64,000 nt of DNA from Camelus dromedarius (Eukaryota): NCBI RefSeq assembly GCF_036321535.1, contig NC_087437.1, positions 60,142,001 to 60,206,000 on the forward strand, in the 5' to 3' direction. Below are positions 1-13,000 of this stretch, in pieces; position 1 is the stretch's first letter, and each line of letters begins with the position of its first letter. Below the pieces are notes generated by a model, which worked only from the letters and a program-made list of their open reading frames with translations, did no database searches and was not told the origin of the DNA. The position numbers and the translations under genes are program-made.

Positions 1-899
1 TGTAATGTGTTAACTTGGCTGGGCTGCATCGTATTTTCCTTTCCTGTGTGTTTTTGGATGGGGTGGGCCACAAGAGGGATTCTCATGTAAGATCTGGAGG
101 GTGGAGGTGAAGCAGCAGCCATTTTGTAGCTCACACAGATGATGGTTTATATGTTGGCCCACTTCTTTGGTACAAAGCAGTGACCAGGCCCACATCTATC
201 CTTCTGTCCCTTCCCCTGGGTCCTCCCTCCCAGGGGCTTCCCTGACCCTGGGGTAGCTGTGGGCATTTAGTTCCGTGATGACAGCACTTTTGTTTGACTC
301 GCCCATTCTATTAGCTCCTGTCACTCTGCTCCACTCTCCAAAAACCCAGTTCTCACGTATCTGGTGTTGCTTACCTTCCATTCTGCTTTATCCTACACTT
401 CACTTTTAATTAGCTAAGGCAATTTATTTAGATTTGTTAAATTTATTTAAATGTAATTAGCTAAGTGATATATCACTCATTATGAACAGTCTGCTTTCTT
501 TACCCATTCAACAATTGTTTTAATGAGAGTCTCCTGTATGGCAGACAGTCTGCTATGGGCAGAGCAGACATGGTCTCTGCCCTCATGGAGCTTACAGTCC
601 AACAGGGGAGGACATGCCAAAAGTTCAAGTAAACAAACAAAACTAGATTTTAAAAAATGAGTGGGACTGTGTAAATAGAGAAAAGTGGGCCAGGGTGAAC
701 AGGAGGGTAGGACCTATTGCAGATAAGATGGATGGGAAGGCCTTTATATCCAAATGCATATTTAAATATTAGAAAGTCGAAAGGATATGGATCCAATAAG
801 AAAGGAGTTTTTGTTAGAAGTGTTCGTCCACTTGAAAAATACTCCACAGAGGTTAAATTTCTTAAGAAGTAGAGATGGAAAGCTAGCCATCTGAGAGAC

Positions 900-2382
900 C
901 CATGTTCAGGAGGAAAGAGACAGTCAGAGGAGATTCACTGGGAGAGCAGGGGATGGTGAGCCTTATCTTTTTCTTTCCTTTTGATCTGATGTTGAAAGGG
1001 GGGATATACAAGGAAAGCAAGTCTTTCATTCTAACAGAGATGGTTTACTAAGGATGGCTTATTGAGAGTAAGCCCAGGCTGTGCTGTCAAAAGCCTCTCC
1101 ATTAAGATAGGCGTTCAGGGGAGGGATGAGAAACGGGGTGGACCTGGAGAGAACCTGCAGGACATGCTTCGGACAAACGACTGGGGTGGGTGTGTGTGGT
1201 GTGATGCGCTTTCTCCTACACAGAAAACCTGCTAGACTAGCCCATTCTGGGGAAATGAGGGAGGTGACGGCTCTGCATTTTTTTTGATGCTGCCCAGGAT
1301 CCCAGGGTGAATCCGCTCAGACAGGCTGTGAACACCAGGTATTACCTGATTTGGAAATACTCCCCAGTTAGAGTCAGTTTCCTGGTCAGGTGACCCTGGA
1401 ATAAGTCACATCTGTCACCAGCTTGTAAAGGCCATGATTTTAATCCTTTTGTGTCCCCTCAGCGTGCTAAGCAATGGGCTGAGAACCAGCAGGAGAGTCG
1501 ATACTTGCATTTTTCCAAAAGCTTCCCTCCTGCATCGGCAGCTTTTAAAGCTTTTGAAGGTTGGGGCCTGAAGTGTGGACTCAAGACACAGAGCCCTCAC
1601 CAGGAAACGAGTAGACTTACGATGGCTCCAGGTGAACTTACTGGTTTTGGATCCAGAAGAACAATGCTCTGCATATCTGGAATTCTACAGACGAGAGGAA
1701 GAACTTAAACAAAAAGCTGGGAGATGAGCCAGTGTGGTGAGGAAAAGATTAAAGCCCCTTTCTTGTCAAACGAGGACATTGCTTTCAAAACAAGGATGAA
1801 CTGTGGAAATTTCAAGTTCTCCTTACTGTTTTGCTCTCAGGGCAAGTTTTTAGTAAATAAAATCCCGTTCATCAGCTTTTCCAGTTTTGCTTTAAGCTCC
1901 GTTAGCTGGTTCTGGCAGACTGATAGGTTATAAACAGGAAGAGAAATCCAGGCTAAAATGTTGCTTTAAAAGTTAGTGCCTTGTCCTGGAATCTGACATT
2001 CTTTTCATGGGTCAGAATATTCAGAGTTTCTGTGATTCATCTGCCCCAGAAGACTAAGCACCAAACCGTTCCCAGGTTTCTGTTATAAAGGTTTTTATAA
2101 ACATGGATGCATGCAAGGGCTCAGTTGTCACCTCTAAAGGCAATGGGGTTCCCCAGCCTCACAATCAGACCCTGATTAGCAGCCTCTGATGTGACCTTGT
2201 CACAATTCACTCACACTGGCTATTAATGGCTTTTACCTGACATAAAGAAAATTACCTGTCATGGATCAGGTGAACAAAAGAAATCATAAAGGGGAAAGCA
2301 AAAGGGGGAGAAATGTATGCATATATAAAGGTTTAACCCAAGGTCACCCAGTCTAAAGCTCTCAGACAAAAAATATGCCACA
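900..2382 (-). mobile_element. Probable old ERV/LTR-retroelement remnant (LTR plus internal leader)
   Basis: General ERV-leader-like character and a possible TG start at 2382 on -; family not identified. Confidence 0.3.
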
Positions 2383-3119
2383 GTCTTTCCTCCCAGGATG
2401 CATTACTGGGTAGAAAACACATTAAGCGTCGTCAGTAGAGTCTGCTCAAGGGCGGCCACCTCATGGTTCTAACAGAGGAACGGCAGCCCGAGATCCCGCC
2501 TCCAGCACCAGGAGTGCAGGAGCGCCTGTGACCTAGCTTCCATCTTGGACTTGGACACCAAGGCTGGCCTGGATTTGCCACCCCGACTGTCACAGAAGCT
2601 CAAGGAGGTTCCTCGCAAAACTCAAGGTTTATTGTATGAAGCACTTTTAAATCCTTTGTTATCAAAAGCCTTTCCCTTGAGCCTTGGAGAGGATTACAAA
2701 GTAATGCTTTCTTCCTTTAGCTTGTTTCTTAGGAAATTATCTCCAGCCCTGCCAAAGTCCAAAGGGCTGCAGGATTTCACTGCTCTCTTCACACGTGGAA
2801 CATTTGGACATCCCTCATGACTTTTTCCACTCCTATTTCCTGAGGAGAAAACAGAAGATCTGGGAAAGAGAGACTGCCTGCCTCTGGTCTCTTGGCTGCC
2901 CTGATAGGAAGATGCCAAATGCAGTTCCAGGAATGAAGCTGGGACTGTGAGCAGATCCGTCTGTTGCTCCTCGTACCTTCTCACTTCACAGTGTGTGGCC
3001 CACTGTCAGGTGAGGGCCACGCTCCTTCTGTCCAGGTACTTTGCCTTCATCTGACATGTTTATCTGTTTTGTTACCACATTTTCCCTTCTTCTCTTCCTT
3101 TCTTCCATCCATTTATCCG

Positions 3120-3165
3120 TTCATTATCCACCCACCCACCCATCCACCCATCCATCCATCCTTCT
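3120..3165. repeat. (CCAC/CCAT)n simple repeat
   Basis: Seen directly. Confidence 0.75.
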
Positions 3166-3389
3166 ACCCATTCGTCCTAAACTGATGACTTACTATGTGC
3201 CAAGCTCTGTGCTAGCAGCTGATTCTAAAGATGAGTGAGAACAATCCCCACCCCTAGTCTGGTGGGAGAGGCAGATACACATGTAAATAACTCTAATATG
3301 GTGCAGAGGTTGAGGTGCAGAAGACCAAGGGACTGCCTGCTTTCAGAGGAGAAGCATCGCCTCCAGCTATCACCTCCTGAGGTGGACTT

Positions 3390-3980
3390 TCTTTTAAAAT
3401 GGTCCCTCTGACCCCACCACCTGGTGTTCATGCCTTTGTTTGAGCCCCATCTGTTGAGTGTGGGTAGAACCTGTGACTCACTTGGTTCTACCATGTGGCA
3501 GAGGTGACAGGATGTGGCTGCCTACGTCTGTGTGGTTACATTATTATGTTACGTAAAATTGTAGTGTGCATTTGCTGGAGTTTCTATCTCCCTTTCTGTC
3601 CCTGTAGTTGGCTGTGAGGAAGCACTGGGCCACGTTGGGGAATTCCACATGCCAAGGAACTGCAGGAGGGCTCTGGGAGCTGAGAACAGCCTCTTGCCAA
3701 CAGTCAGCAAGGAACTGAAGCTCCGTGTCACAGAGCTGCAGACACTGAGCTCTGCCAACAACCTGAAGGAGCCTGGAGGTAGACCCTGCCCCAGGAGGGC
3801 CTCAGGGGAGACCCAGCCCCAGCTGACATCTTGATTACAGCTTTATGAGACTCTACACAGCAGCCCCAGATAAGCTTTACTGGGATTCCTGACCCAGAGA
3901 AACTGTGAGATAAAACACATTTGTTGTTTTAAACCCTTCAGTTTGCGGCAATTGATTATGCAACACTGGAAAATTATTAT
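3390..3980 (+). mobile_element. MLT1-type MaLR LTR
   Basis: Typical motifs ctgccaacaacctga..gattcctgacccagagaaactgtgagataa..tgttgttttaa. Confidence 0.75.
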
Positions 3981-5283
3981 ACCTCCCGAGGTGCTGGTGT
4001 GAGAAATGTAAACCTCCAGAAGGGGCTGACAGATGGGGGAATGCCTCCAACTCCCCATTCATTCGTTCATTCATTCAGGTATTTACTGAGCACTTACTAT
4101 GCACGAGGCACTGTTTTAGATACATTAGTAAACAAAAGAAAATTTCTGTTCTCATGAAGCTTATATTCTAGTCAAGGAATACAAACATTAAGTTAAGAAA
4201 TGAATTTTATATAGTATGTTATTAGGTGATGAGTAGTGAAGAAAGGACAGAGGGGCTGGGAATGCCAGGGAGGTGGGCTGAAATTTTTCATAGGGTCATC
4301 AGGGTTGGACTCACAGAAAGGGCAATCCTGAGCAAAAACTGGAACGAGGTGAGGAAATATTATGCAAGAAGCTCCAGACATCGTCTGTGTGTACAAGTTC
4401 AAGCACAGATTCAAGGTCTAATCTCACCCCAGGGATCATGGGGGTCATAATTGCCCTTTTCAACCTCATTTCCCACCTCTACCCCTCCACTGCCCAGGTC
4501 CATCCTGCATCCTCACCTCTGCCATTCCCTAAACCCATCTGCCGTGAGTCCTCTCTCCTCATTCTGTTCCTCCCCCCACACGTTTCTCCTCTCAGTTCAT
4601 ATCAGTGGTCACCACCCCGTGAAGCTTCCCTGGGGCCCCCATCCCCCAGCAGAAAGTCAGCCCCTCCTCCACATCCCCTCCCGCTTTGTTTAGGACTTAC
4701 TGTGAGCTTTCCACTTTGCAGCCGGTTACAGCTGGGTTTGCAGCTGGCAGCCTTTGTCTCTCAGAGAGATTGCAGGCTCATGGAACGCATCATCATGATC
4801 ACTGAATTTCCAGGCTCTGACATACTATGGGTGGTATTTGTTGAAAAAAATTTAGTTGGAGGTCAGTCTTCTGTGGGTTTTTTCCTCTTTTTTTTCTCTC
4901 TTTCCAACTACCTCTCGCCTGACTCCCGCACTGTCTTTCTCTGCACATCTCTTTCTGCCTTTCCAAGTGTCTTTTTCTGTTTCTCATTCTGTCTTGATTT
5001 CTCTCTCACCCACATGTAGACACGTGCATATGGATACGTGCACAATTATGATGTAGAACTTTCTTTTGAGCATCTTGTTTTCCCACGGCAACAGGGGGAT
5101 GGGGGGAAGGAAAGGAGAGTGGGATGGGGTAGGATTGGGGTGGAGGAGGGATCTCTACTTCCTTAAAAAAAAAAAAACAGAAGCTTACAACTGGCTCCTC
5201 TTAAATATTAGGTTAAAATAACCACATTATTACCCACACGTCCACCGATGGAGGAGACTTGTTCCTCTTATCTTTGTGTTGCT

Positions 5284-5493
5284 CGGGGTTTCTCAACAGT
5301 GGCACTACTGATTTTTTTGGATCAGATAATTCTAATGCAGGAGAATGTCCTGTGTCTTGTAGGATGTTTAGCAGCTTCTTGGCCTCTAACCACCAGTAGC
5401 AGCCCCCTATCATAACAATCAAAAACACCTCTAGACATTGCCAAGTGTCCTCTGGGGGCAAGCTCCCACCCCTCTCTCTATAGAGGACCACTG
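5284..5493. mobile_element. MER20 (hAT-Charlie MITE)
   Basis: ggtttctcaac..tgtaggatgtttagcagc..ctagacattgccaagtgtcctctgggggca..accactg. Confidence 0.75.
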
Positions 5494-7199
5494 AGGCAGC
5501 CCTTTTTTCCCAGGATCTGTAGGCACTGATGTGCAATCTTTCAGGCAACCTCCAAAGAACACCATTTCTACAGGGTGCAACACAACAGCACCCTCGGCCT
5601 GTTCTCGGCCTCCCCGAAGCCCTGGCTCCGGGCCTTTTGGATCCAACACTGACCCTGTGGGGCCTCTCGTAGCTTACAGGGCATCTTTGTGCTGTCCTTT
5701 CTGGGAAAAGCCATCTCTAAGTCAGGACACACAGCTTGTATTTCAGTCTGCATTCGCCAGCTCTACTGGACCTTTATGTGCAGTGCACAAACAGCACAAC
5801 TGTATACTGGCCCTGGACACAAACATCCCTTCGGCTACTAAACATTGGGGTGGCTGCCAATGAGTTGTTCTTCTGAAACTAGGACAGTCCTTTTCTTCTG
5901 GAATGCACCCATAGCTGACCCTGAGGTGATGTGCATCAATGGAGGTGAGGTATAGAGAGGCACATTTTTTTTGCTTTTAAGGCATCAGATGGTCCTTGCT
6001 AAATGTAGCACATCCAGTAGCAAAATGTGGCACCTGTGCAGAAGATGAGATCAGACAAGAGGGAGAAGGACACTATATTGTTGTGGAACTCTAGGTAGAA
6101 CTCAGAAAATACCCAGGATAAAAATGCAGCTGACAGATGACTAGAGAAATTGATGACCCACACTTGCAAAACAGTTTCTGAGATGCTGTGTGACAGGAGT
6201 CCAGGGACTGTCAAAGGGAAATTTGACTATACTTTTGACCTTAGAAGAATCCACCCCTAGAGGGTTTATGTAGCTTGATCGTTATGCAGCCAGCCCGCAG
6301 TGGTATAAGCACTGGCGTTTTAGTATGACACCTAAAATGTTGTCTGGAAATGTTAAAGTATTTAGGGGAAGTTTATATCATTTTTTTATTTGGCTTGTTG
6401 CTGAGAGAGTATTTGGACAGAGTATTATTTGTTTTCCAAGTTCTACTTTTGAGCCAACTTATTCCACGGCTTAAGCCAGACACTCCTCACAGAATTGCAC
6501 ACACATTCAAGATACAGCCTTGGACTCTAAAACAGATTATTCATGCAGCCACATCTGTCTTTCTCAGAGAGGAGAAAGACAGAATAATGATGACTTTTCA
6601 ATGTTATTAGTAAGCAGCAAATACCTTTAGAAAGAAATGGTTCCCCTTCTTGAGTACAGAGCTCCCAGATATGGTGACAAAGAAGTCTTGCTATTTCATT
6701 ACTTGTTGCAATTAAAAAAAAATTATAGTAGCAAAGGTCCTGCTGATGGAAACTTCATTCTGAAATTCAGGTACCTGCGTGTTCATACTCCCACTCATCA
6801 CATAAGCCAAAGACTGGAGGAAAGAATTAGTTTGCCTCCGATTACATCTGATTGTTGTCAGTGATGACAATAAACAAAGCAGAAGGACCAAATGATACTT
6901 GTGGGAAGCTCTAAAAAGGGTTTGGGAAACACTTTGATATGAGCAGACACGAGAGAAAAAAAGCAACGGGGAATCACATAGATAAAAAGCAAACTGACTT
7001 AAATCAGGCATCAGAGCAGTGCAAATTAGAATCACAAAGCAATATCACTTATACTTAGTCTGGCAGATGTTAGAAAGCTGAACAAGGCCAGGTATTGTGG
7101 GGCTGTGGGTTATAGGAAACCCGAACTGCTGGTAGACGGGGGCACTGGTGCGGCCATTCTAGAGAGACTTGGGATTTAGTCAAATCACATTCTGGAAGA

Positions 7200-7890
7200 A
7201 TTCCTATGCCAAATTCTTGGAAGAAAACCTAGACCAAAATCTTTGTGAACTTGGGTTACTAAATTTTTTTTAGGACACAAAAAACATGAGCCATAAGAAA
7301 GGAATTACCATCAAATTGTTAAAATTTGCCCTTCAAAAGACATCATTCAGAAAATGAAAGACAAGCCACAGACTGGGAGGTAAATATTGGCAAATATTTC
7401 TAATGAAGGTCTTACATGCTAAATATATAAAGAACTTTTATAATTTAATAATAATAATAAGAAGACAAACAATTCCATTAAAGAAATGGACAAAAGAATG
7501 AATGGACACTTCAACAAAAAAGTTACATGAATGGCTAATAAGCACATGGAAAAAATGTTCAACATCATTAGTCACTAGGAAAATACAAATTAAAAACTGC
7601 AATGAGATATCACTTTACAACAACTAGGATGGTTAAAATTGAAAAGACTTAACTATACTAAGTGTTAGTGAGGATGTGGAGCAACAGAATGTCTCAGACA
7701 CTGCTGGTGGGAATGCAAAATAGTACAGCCACATTGGAAATCAGTTTGACAGTTTCTTACAAACACACACATACCGTATGACCCAGCCATTCCACCCCAG
7801 GTATTTACTCAAGAGAACATATGATAAATAAAAATATATGTCCACATAAAGACCTGCTACACAAATGTTCATGGCAGCTTTATTTGTTCT
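7200..7890 (+). mobile_element. Old L1 (L1M-type) ORF2 3' region, left half
   Basis: L1 ORF2-end motifs (aaaatgaaagacaagccacagactgggag; ggctaataagcacatggaaaaaatgttcaacatcattag); continues at ~9366-9800. Confidence 0.8.
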
Positions 7891-9365
7891 CATTTTATTT
7901 ATTAATTTATTTATTCATTCATTCATTCTATTTATTAAGCTATAGTTCATTTACAATATTGTGTTAGTTTCAGGTGTACAGCTTTGGATTCTTTTCCATT
8001 ATAGGTTATTACAAGATATTGAATATAGTTCCATGTATTACACAATAAATCCTTGTTTATCTATTTTATATATAGTAGTGTATATCTGCTAATCCCACAC
8101 TCCTAGTTTATCCCTTGCCCCCTTCCCCCTTTGGTAACTGTAAGTTTGTTTTGTATGTCTGTGAGTCTCTTTTTGTTTTGTAAATAAGTTCATTTGTATT
8201 AGTTTATTAGATTTCACATATAAGTGATATTTTTGCCTTTCTCTGCCTGACTTTCTTCACTTAGTACAATAATCTCTAGGTCCATCCATGTTGCTGCAAA
8301 TGGCAATATTTCATTCTTTTTTATTATATATATATATATATATTTTTATATATATATACACACAAACACACACATACACATATATATACCACACGTTCTT
8401 TATCCATTCATTTGTTGATGGACGCTTAGGTTACTTCCATGTCTTGACTATTACAAATTATGCTACTGTGAACATTGTTGTGCATATATCTTTATGAATT
8501 AGAGTTTTGTCTTTTCTGGATATAAGCCCAGGAGTGGGATTCCTGGCTCATATTGTAACTCTATCTTCAATTTTTTAAGAATATAGACTGTTTTCCATAG
8601 TGGTTGCACCAATTTATGTTCCCACCAACAGTGTGGAAGGATTCCCTTTTCTCCACATCCTCTCCAGCATTTATCATTTATAGACTTTTTGATGATGGCC
8701 ATTCTGACTGGTGTGAGGTAATACCTCATTGTAGTTTTGATTAGCATTTCTCTAATAATTAGCAATGTGGAGCATCTTTTCATATGCCTGTTAGCCATCT
8801 GTATGCCTTCTTTGTAGAAATGTCTATTTAGATCTTCTGCCCATATTTTGAATTTTTCTTATATTGAGTTGCGTAAGCTACTGTATATTTTGGAAATTAA
8901 GCCCTTGTTGGTCACATTGTTTGCAAATATTTTCTGCCAGTACATAGATTGTCTTTTCATTTTGTTCATGCTTTTCTTTGCTGTGCAAGAGCTTATACGT
9001 TTGATTAGGTCCCATGTGTTTATTTTTGCTTTCATTTCTATTGCCTTGGGAGACTGAACTAAGAAAATATTACTGAGATTTATGTCTAAGAATGTTTTGC
9101 ATATGTTCTGTTCTAGTAGTTTTATGGTGTCATGTCTTTTATTTAAGTTCAAGCCATTCCTGAGTTTATTTTTGTGTATGGTGTGAGGGAGTATTCTAAC
9201 TTTATTGATTTACATATGGCTGTCCGGCTTCCCCAACATCACTTGCTGAAGAGACAGACTTTTCTTCATTGTATATTCTTGCCTCCTTTGTCAAAGATTA
9301 ATTCGCTATAGGTGTGTGGGTTTATTTCTGGGCTGTCTGTTCTGTTCCATTGATCAATATGTACC
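7891..9365 (-). mobile_element. Younger 5'-truncated L1 nested antisense in an older L1
   Basis: ORF-track peptides 8499-8798 and 8859-9152 are the L1 ORF2p C-terminus ([27 protein letters not shown]); T-rich tail at ~7891-7935. Confidence 0.88.
8325..8392. repeat. (TA)n/(CA)n microsatellite within L1
   Basis: Seen directly. Confidence 0.85.
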
Positions 9366-9800
9366 TTTAGTCTTATTGACCCAAACTAGAAACAACCCTA
9401 ATATCCATCAACTGGTGAACAGATAAATATCTATGTGGTGAATACTGCAAATTGTGATAAACCCATACAACAAAATACTACTCAGTAACAAAAAGGAATG
9501 AACTATAGATGCATATAAGAACAGATGAATGTCAAAAGCATTATGCCAAGTGAAAGAAGCCAAATACAAAAACTACGTGTTATATCACTCCATTTATATA
9601 ACATTCTAGAAGAGGCAAAATCATAGTGACAGAAAGCAAATCAGTGGTTGCCAGGTGCTAGCAGATGGGGAAGGGGACGGACTGCAAAGGGCAGCAGGGA
9701 GCATGAAATGCTCTGTCTTGGAGTGGTGGGCACATCTGTCAAAGCTTAAAATGAGTGAATTTTATTGTATATGTGAATTATACCTTAAGAAAACTGATTT
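9366..9800 (+). mobile_element. Old L1 3' end, right half
   Basis: cccaaactagaaacaaccc..aaaaggaatgaacta..agtgaaagaagccaaatacaaaa L1M 3' motifs. Confidence 0.75.
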
Positions 9801-9859
9801 AAAAATATATGCATGAGATAAAGCTACTGGGAAAAAGATGATGTAGAAGTTGAATGTTG

Positions 9860-10040
9860 GTAGGTGAGGAGAGGGAAGCATAGAGAAAATGAGAGAAAAA
9901 CAGAGGTTGAGAGAGACAGACAGAACGAGAAAGGAAAGACAAAGACACAAGAGATGTAGAGACAGAAACACAAGGGCAAAAGCCACCAGCAATAGAGACA
10001 CACTCAGAAAAATGGAAGGAAAGAAAGGACAAAAGAATAG
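9860..10040. repeat. GA-rich low-complexity tract
   Basis: Seen directly. Confidence 0.7.
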
Positions 10041-13000
10041 AACCCCCAGAATACATGACCAACAATGAGAGAATAATACATGTTATTGTTATCTTTCAGG
10101 ATATCAACACTAAAAAGTAAATGCTGTCTGTTATAGTTTTACAACTATAGGCTTATCCAAATTTGGATTTGGATGGATATCAGCATTAGAAAGGACCTTG
10201 TGTGTTACCTAGCCAAGTTACAATCCTTCCTGCAGCATCCCCAGAGCTCGGAAGATGGGCTCTTTGTAATTATTACCGCTGGACAAGGATGCTCAGACTT
10301 CACTCAGCAGCCGGGGTCCAGGGACCCACAGCTGTGGCTCTGAGGGTGACTTGGAACTGCCCCTCTCCCTCCCAGCTTCTATCCCATTGCCTTCTGTGAG
10401 ATCACATGGGGTGCGGAGTATGCTCCGTGCCCCACCTGAGATATCTGAATGCTGTGGTCCTATGTCCCTTTGAATCCTGTCTCTTTCAAGTTAAAGATTT
10501 CCTTGTCCTTTAACCTTCCTCATATTAGAAGGCTCCTGAACCCTCCAGCAGTCAACCCAACCCCCAGCCCATTCCCTCCCCTCTGCTGTTCTGGGCGCTG
10601 GTTTGTGTGGTTTGTCTGGGCTCTGGTTTGTCAGGTGTGGTGCCACCTCGTGGCAGAATTGAGAGACTGATCATGTTTCTCCTGCAATACACACTGCTTC
10701 AAGTAACTCAGCCTAAGATTCATTTAAAGCTCTCCCAACACTTGTTGCCAAAGGGCTTTTCAAATTGTGAAATACATCAGGTATATAAAAAGCATTGAGT
10801 AAAATAATCACCTAAGAAGCTACCCCTCTGCTTTGGCAATCTAATATGATGTCACATTTGCTTCAGACTTCTTTTAAAGTCACCTTTAAAGCCACCCTTG
10901 CTTTAGATATTAGATTAGAGCTACAGCTGAAGCCCCCTAAGCATCTCCTTCACACTCCCTCCCCTCTCTCCCCTGGGGAAACCATTATCATGAGCTTGGT
11001 GCTTATCTTTCCCATGCAAGCTTTTATATGGTTAAATGTATGAATCAGAAAACCATACATAGCATTGTTTTACTTGTTTTCAACTTCATATAAATTGTAG
11101 CACACTACGTACTTTTCTGTAAGTGAAGTTTTTGAGATTTACCTATAGGATTCATTCTAACTGAGATTTTGCAGTCCATTGATTTTTCCCACAATATGTT
11201 TTTTCATGCTCCTGTTGATGGACATTTAGATTGTTTCCGATTTTCTATTACAGACAATGTTGCAGTGAACACTGTTGATCACCACTCCTTGTGCACGTGT
11301 GTGTGTGGAAGGCTCCAGGGTAAGCAGCTGTGACTGGAATGGCTGAATGGCACGTGCGTCTTCTCCTTTATAAGACGTCGCACATTTACTTTTCTAACCA
11401 TCTGACTCACGCTAAGCTTGTGGCCAGTTAGTTTTATCACATACCTATAAAGCCCAATATGTTTTGTTTTTAAAAAGCCAACTTTTTAAATGTCTCCTAT
11501 ATAAAAGACACTTCTAGGAACTGTGGGCTTACAGATAAATGGTAGGCCGTTTGCCTTTGAGGAACTTAATATATGAAGGCAAATCGAGGGCAAGGCTGGG
11601 TCTATAGATGGAGATGCTCACTGATACTCCTAATTATTTATGAAAACCTGCTGATGAGATCCATGCTCTGCTACCTGGGAAGGGAAGCAAAAAAGTGAAA
11701 CATGATGACTATACACTGCATGTCTGACAGCGCCTTTCCTTCAGGAATCACCTCCTTCAACTTCATCATCGTTTACACTTGGTAGTGCTTCATAGTTTAC
11801 AAAGTGCTTGCATACACATTACCTAACTGCTTCTTATAATCGCTTCCCTGGGAGGCTGAGAGGGCACCTATCATCACCCCGTGAAGGAGCAGGGGCACAG
11901 AGAGGGGAGTGAATTGTGTCACACTGTGAGGCTGGAAATGGCAGAGCCCAAGCTAGAACTCAGGTCTCCTGACTCCAAATCAGTGCCTTTCCCCAAATAT
12001 CACTGGCTCCCCAGGAAAACCCTGTGGGGGCTCCCTATCTGTCCTTGTATGAGGGCAAAAGTTAAACATGTTATCCACAAAGGTTCACAATATCAAATCC
12101 AGATCCACGGCTGGCACAATGCCCGTGACAGCCCGTCACAAGGGCTTCTTGGGTCTCCTTCCCCTCTTCCTCTCCAGGCCTGGGTACTCAAATCCCCATG
12201 GGAAAGAACAATCCCATCTGTGGTTAGAGACATCTCTTTTCTAGAAAACACAGTCTTATTACATTTATAAAACTAGGGTACAGGCAACTGCAATTACTCA
12301 CTGTCCTCCAATGCATCTCCCCTTTTCCTCTGTTAAACCTCTGCTCATTCCCTCCCCTGAGCCTCTCATCTCCATTTCTACCTATCAGAATTCTGCCCAT
12401 GTTCAGAATAGCCAGCATGATACTGCAGAACAAAGTCGGAGGATGAACACTATTCAATTTCAAGACTTCCTAGAAAGCTACGGTAATCAAGACAGTGTGG
12501 TATTGGTGAAAGAATAGACACAGAACAATGGAACAAAGAAATGGCTGGTCCAGATGGTCCCCTTTGCTTTTGTAGGGAAAGTCTGGGGTAGAATGCTCTA
12601 AGAGGAGAGCGGTCTCTGTGTTTCCCCTAAAGCAAATGCCTCTAATCCAGAGGCACATGCATCGCCAACCTCAAGGCTCTATTAGTTCCCTTGGGACAGC
12701 GGCCTGATAAGTCTGAGAACTAAGAAAGAAAAGAGACACACACAGGGGAGCCTCTTGCCTCTGAAACAGGGTGACTCAGACACGGGCAGGCGGGATGACC
12801 GTCATGCCCTTCCCACTGGTGAGGGAAGACAAACAATTGCAAGTGATGACCTTCTCCTTGAAAAGGTTCACAACAAAAGATAAAGGTTTCTGAGGCGGGG
12901 GAAAAAAACTATTAGGTTTGCAAGAACCATAACCCACCCACAGAGATGCAAGTCCTATTTCGAGCAGGAAAGGGGGGAGGTAATAACAGGAGAGAGAGGC

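Noticed and set aside
4387..5019. 210-aa + strand ORF
   Set aside because: Runs through pyrimidine-rich low-complexity DNA; non-ATG start; no recognisable homology.
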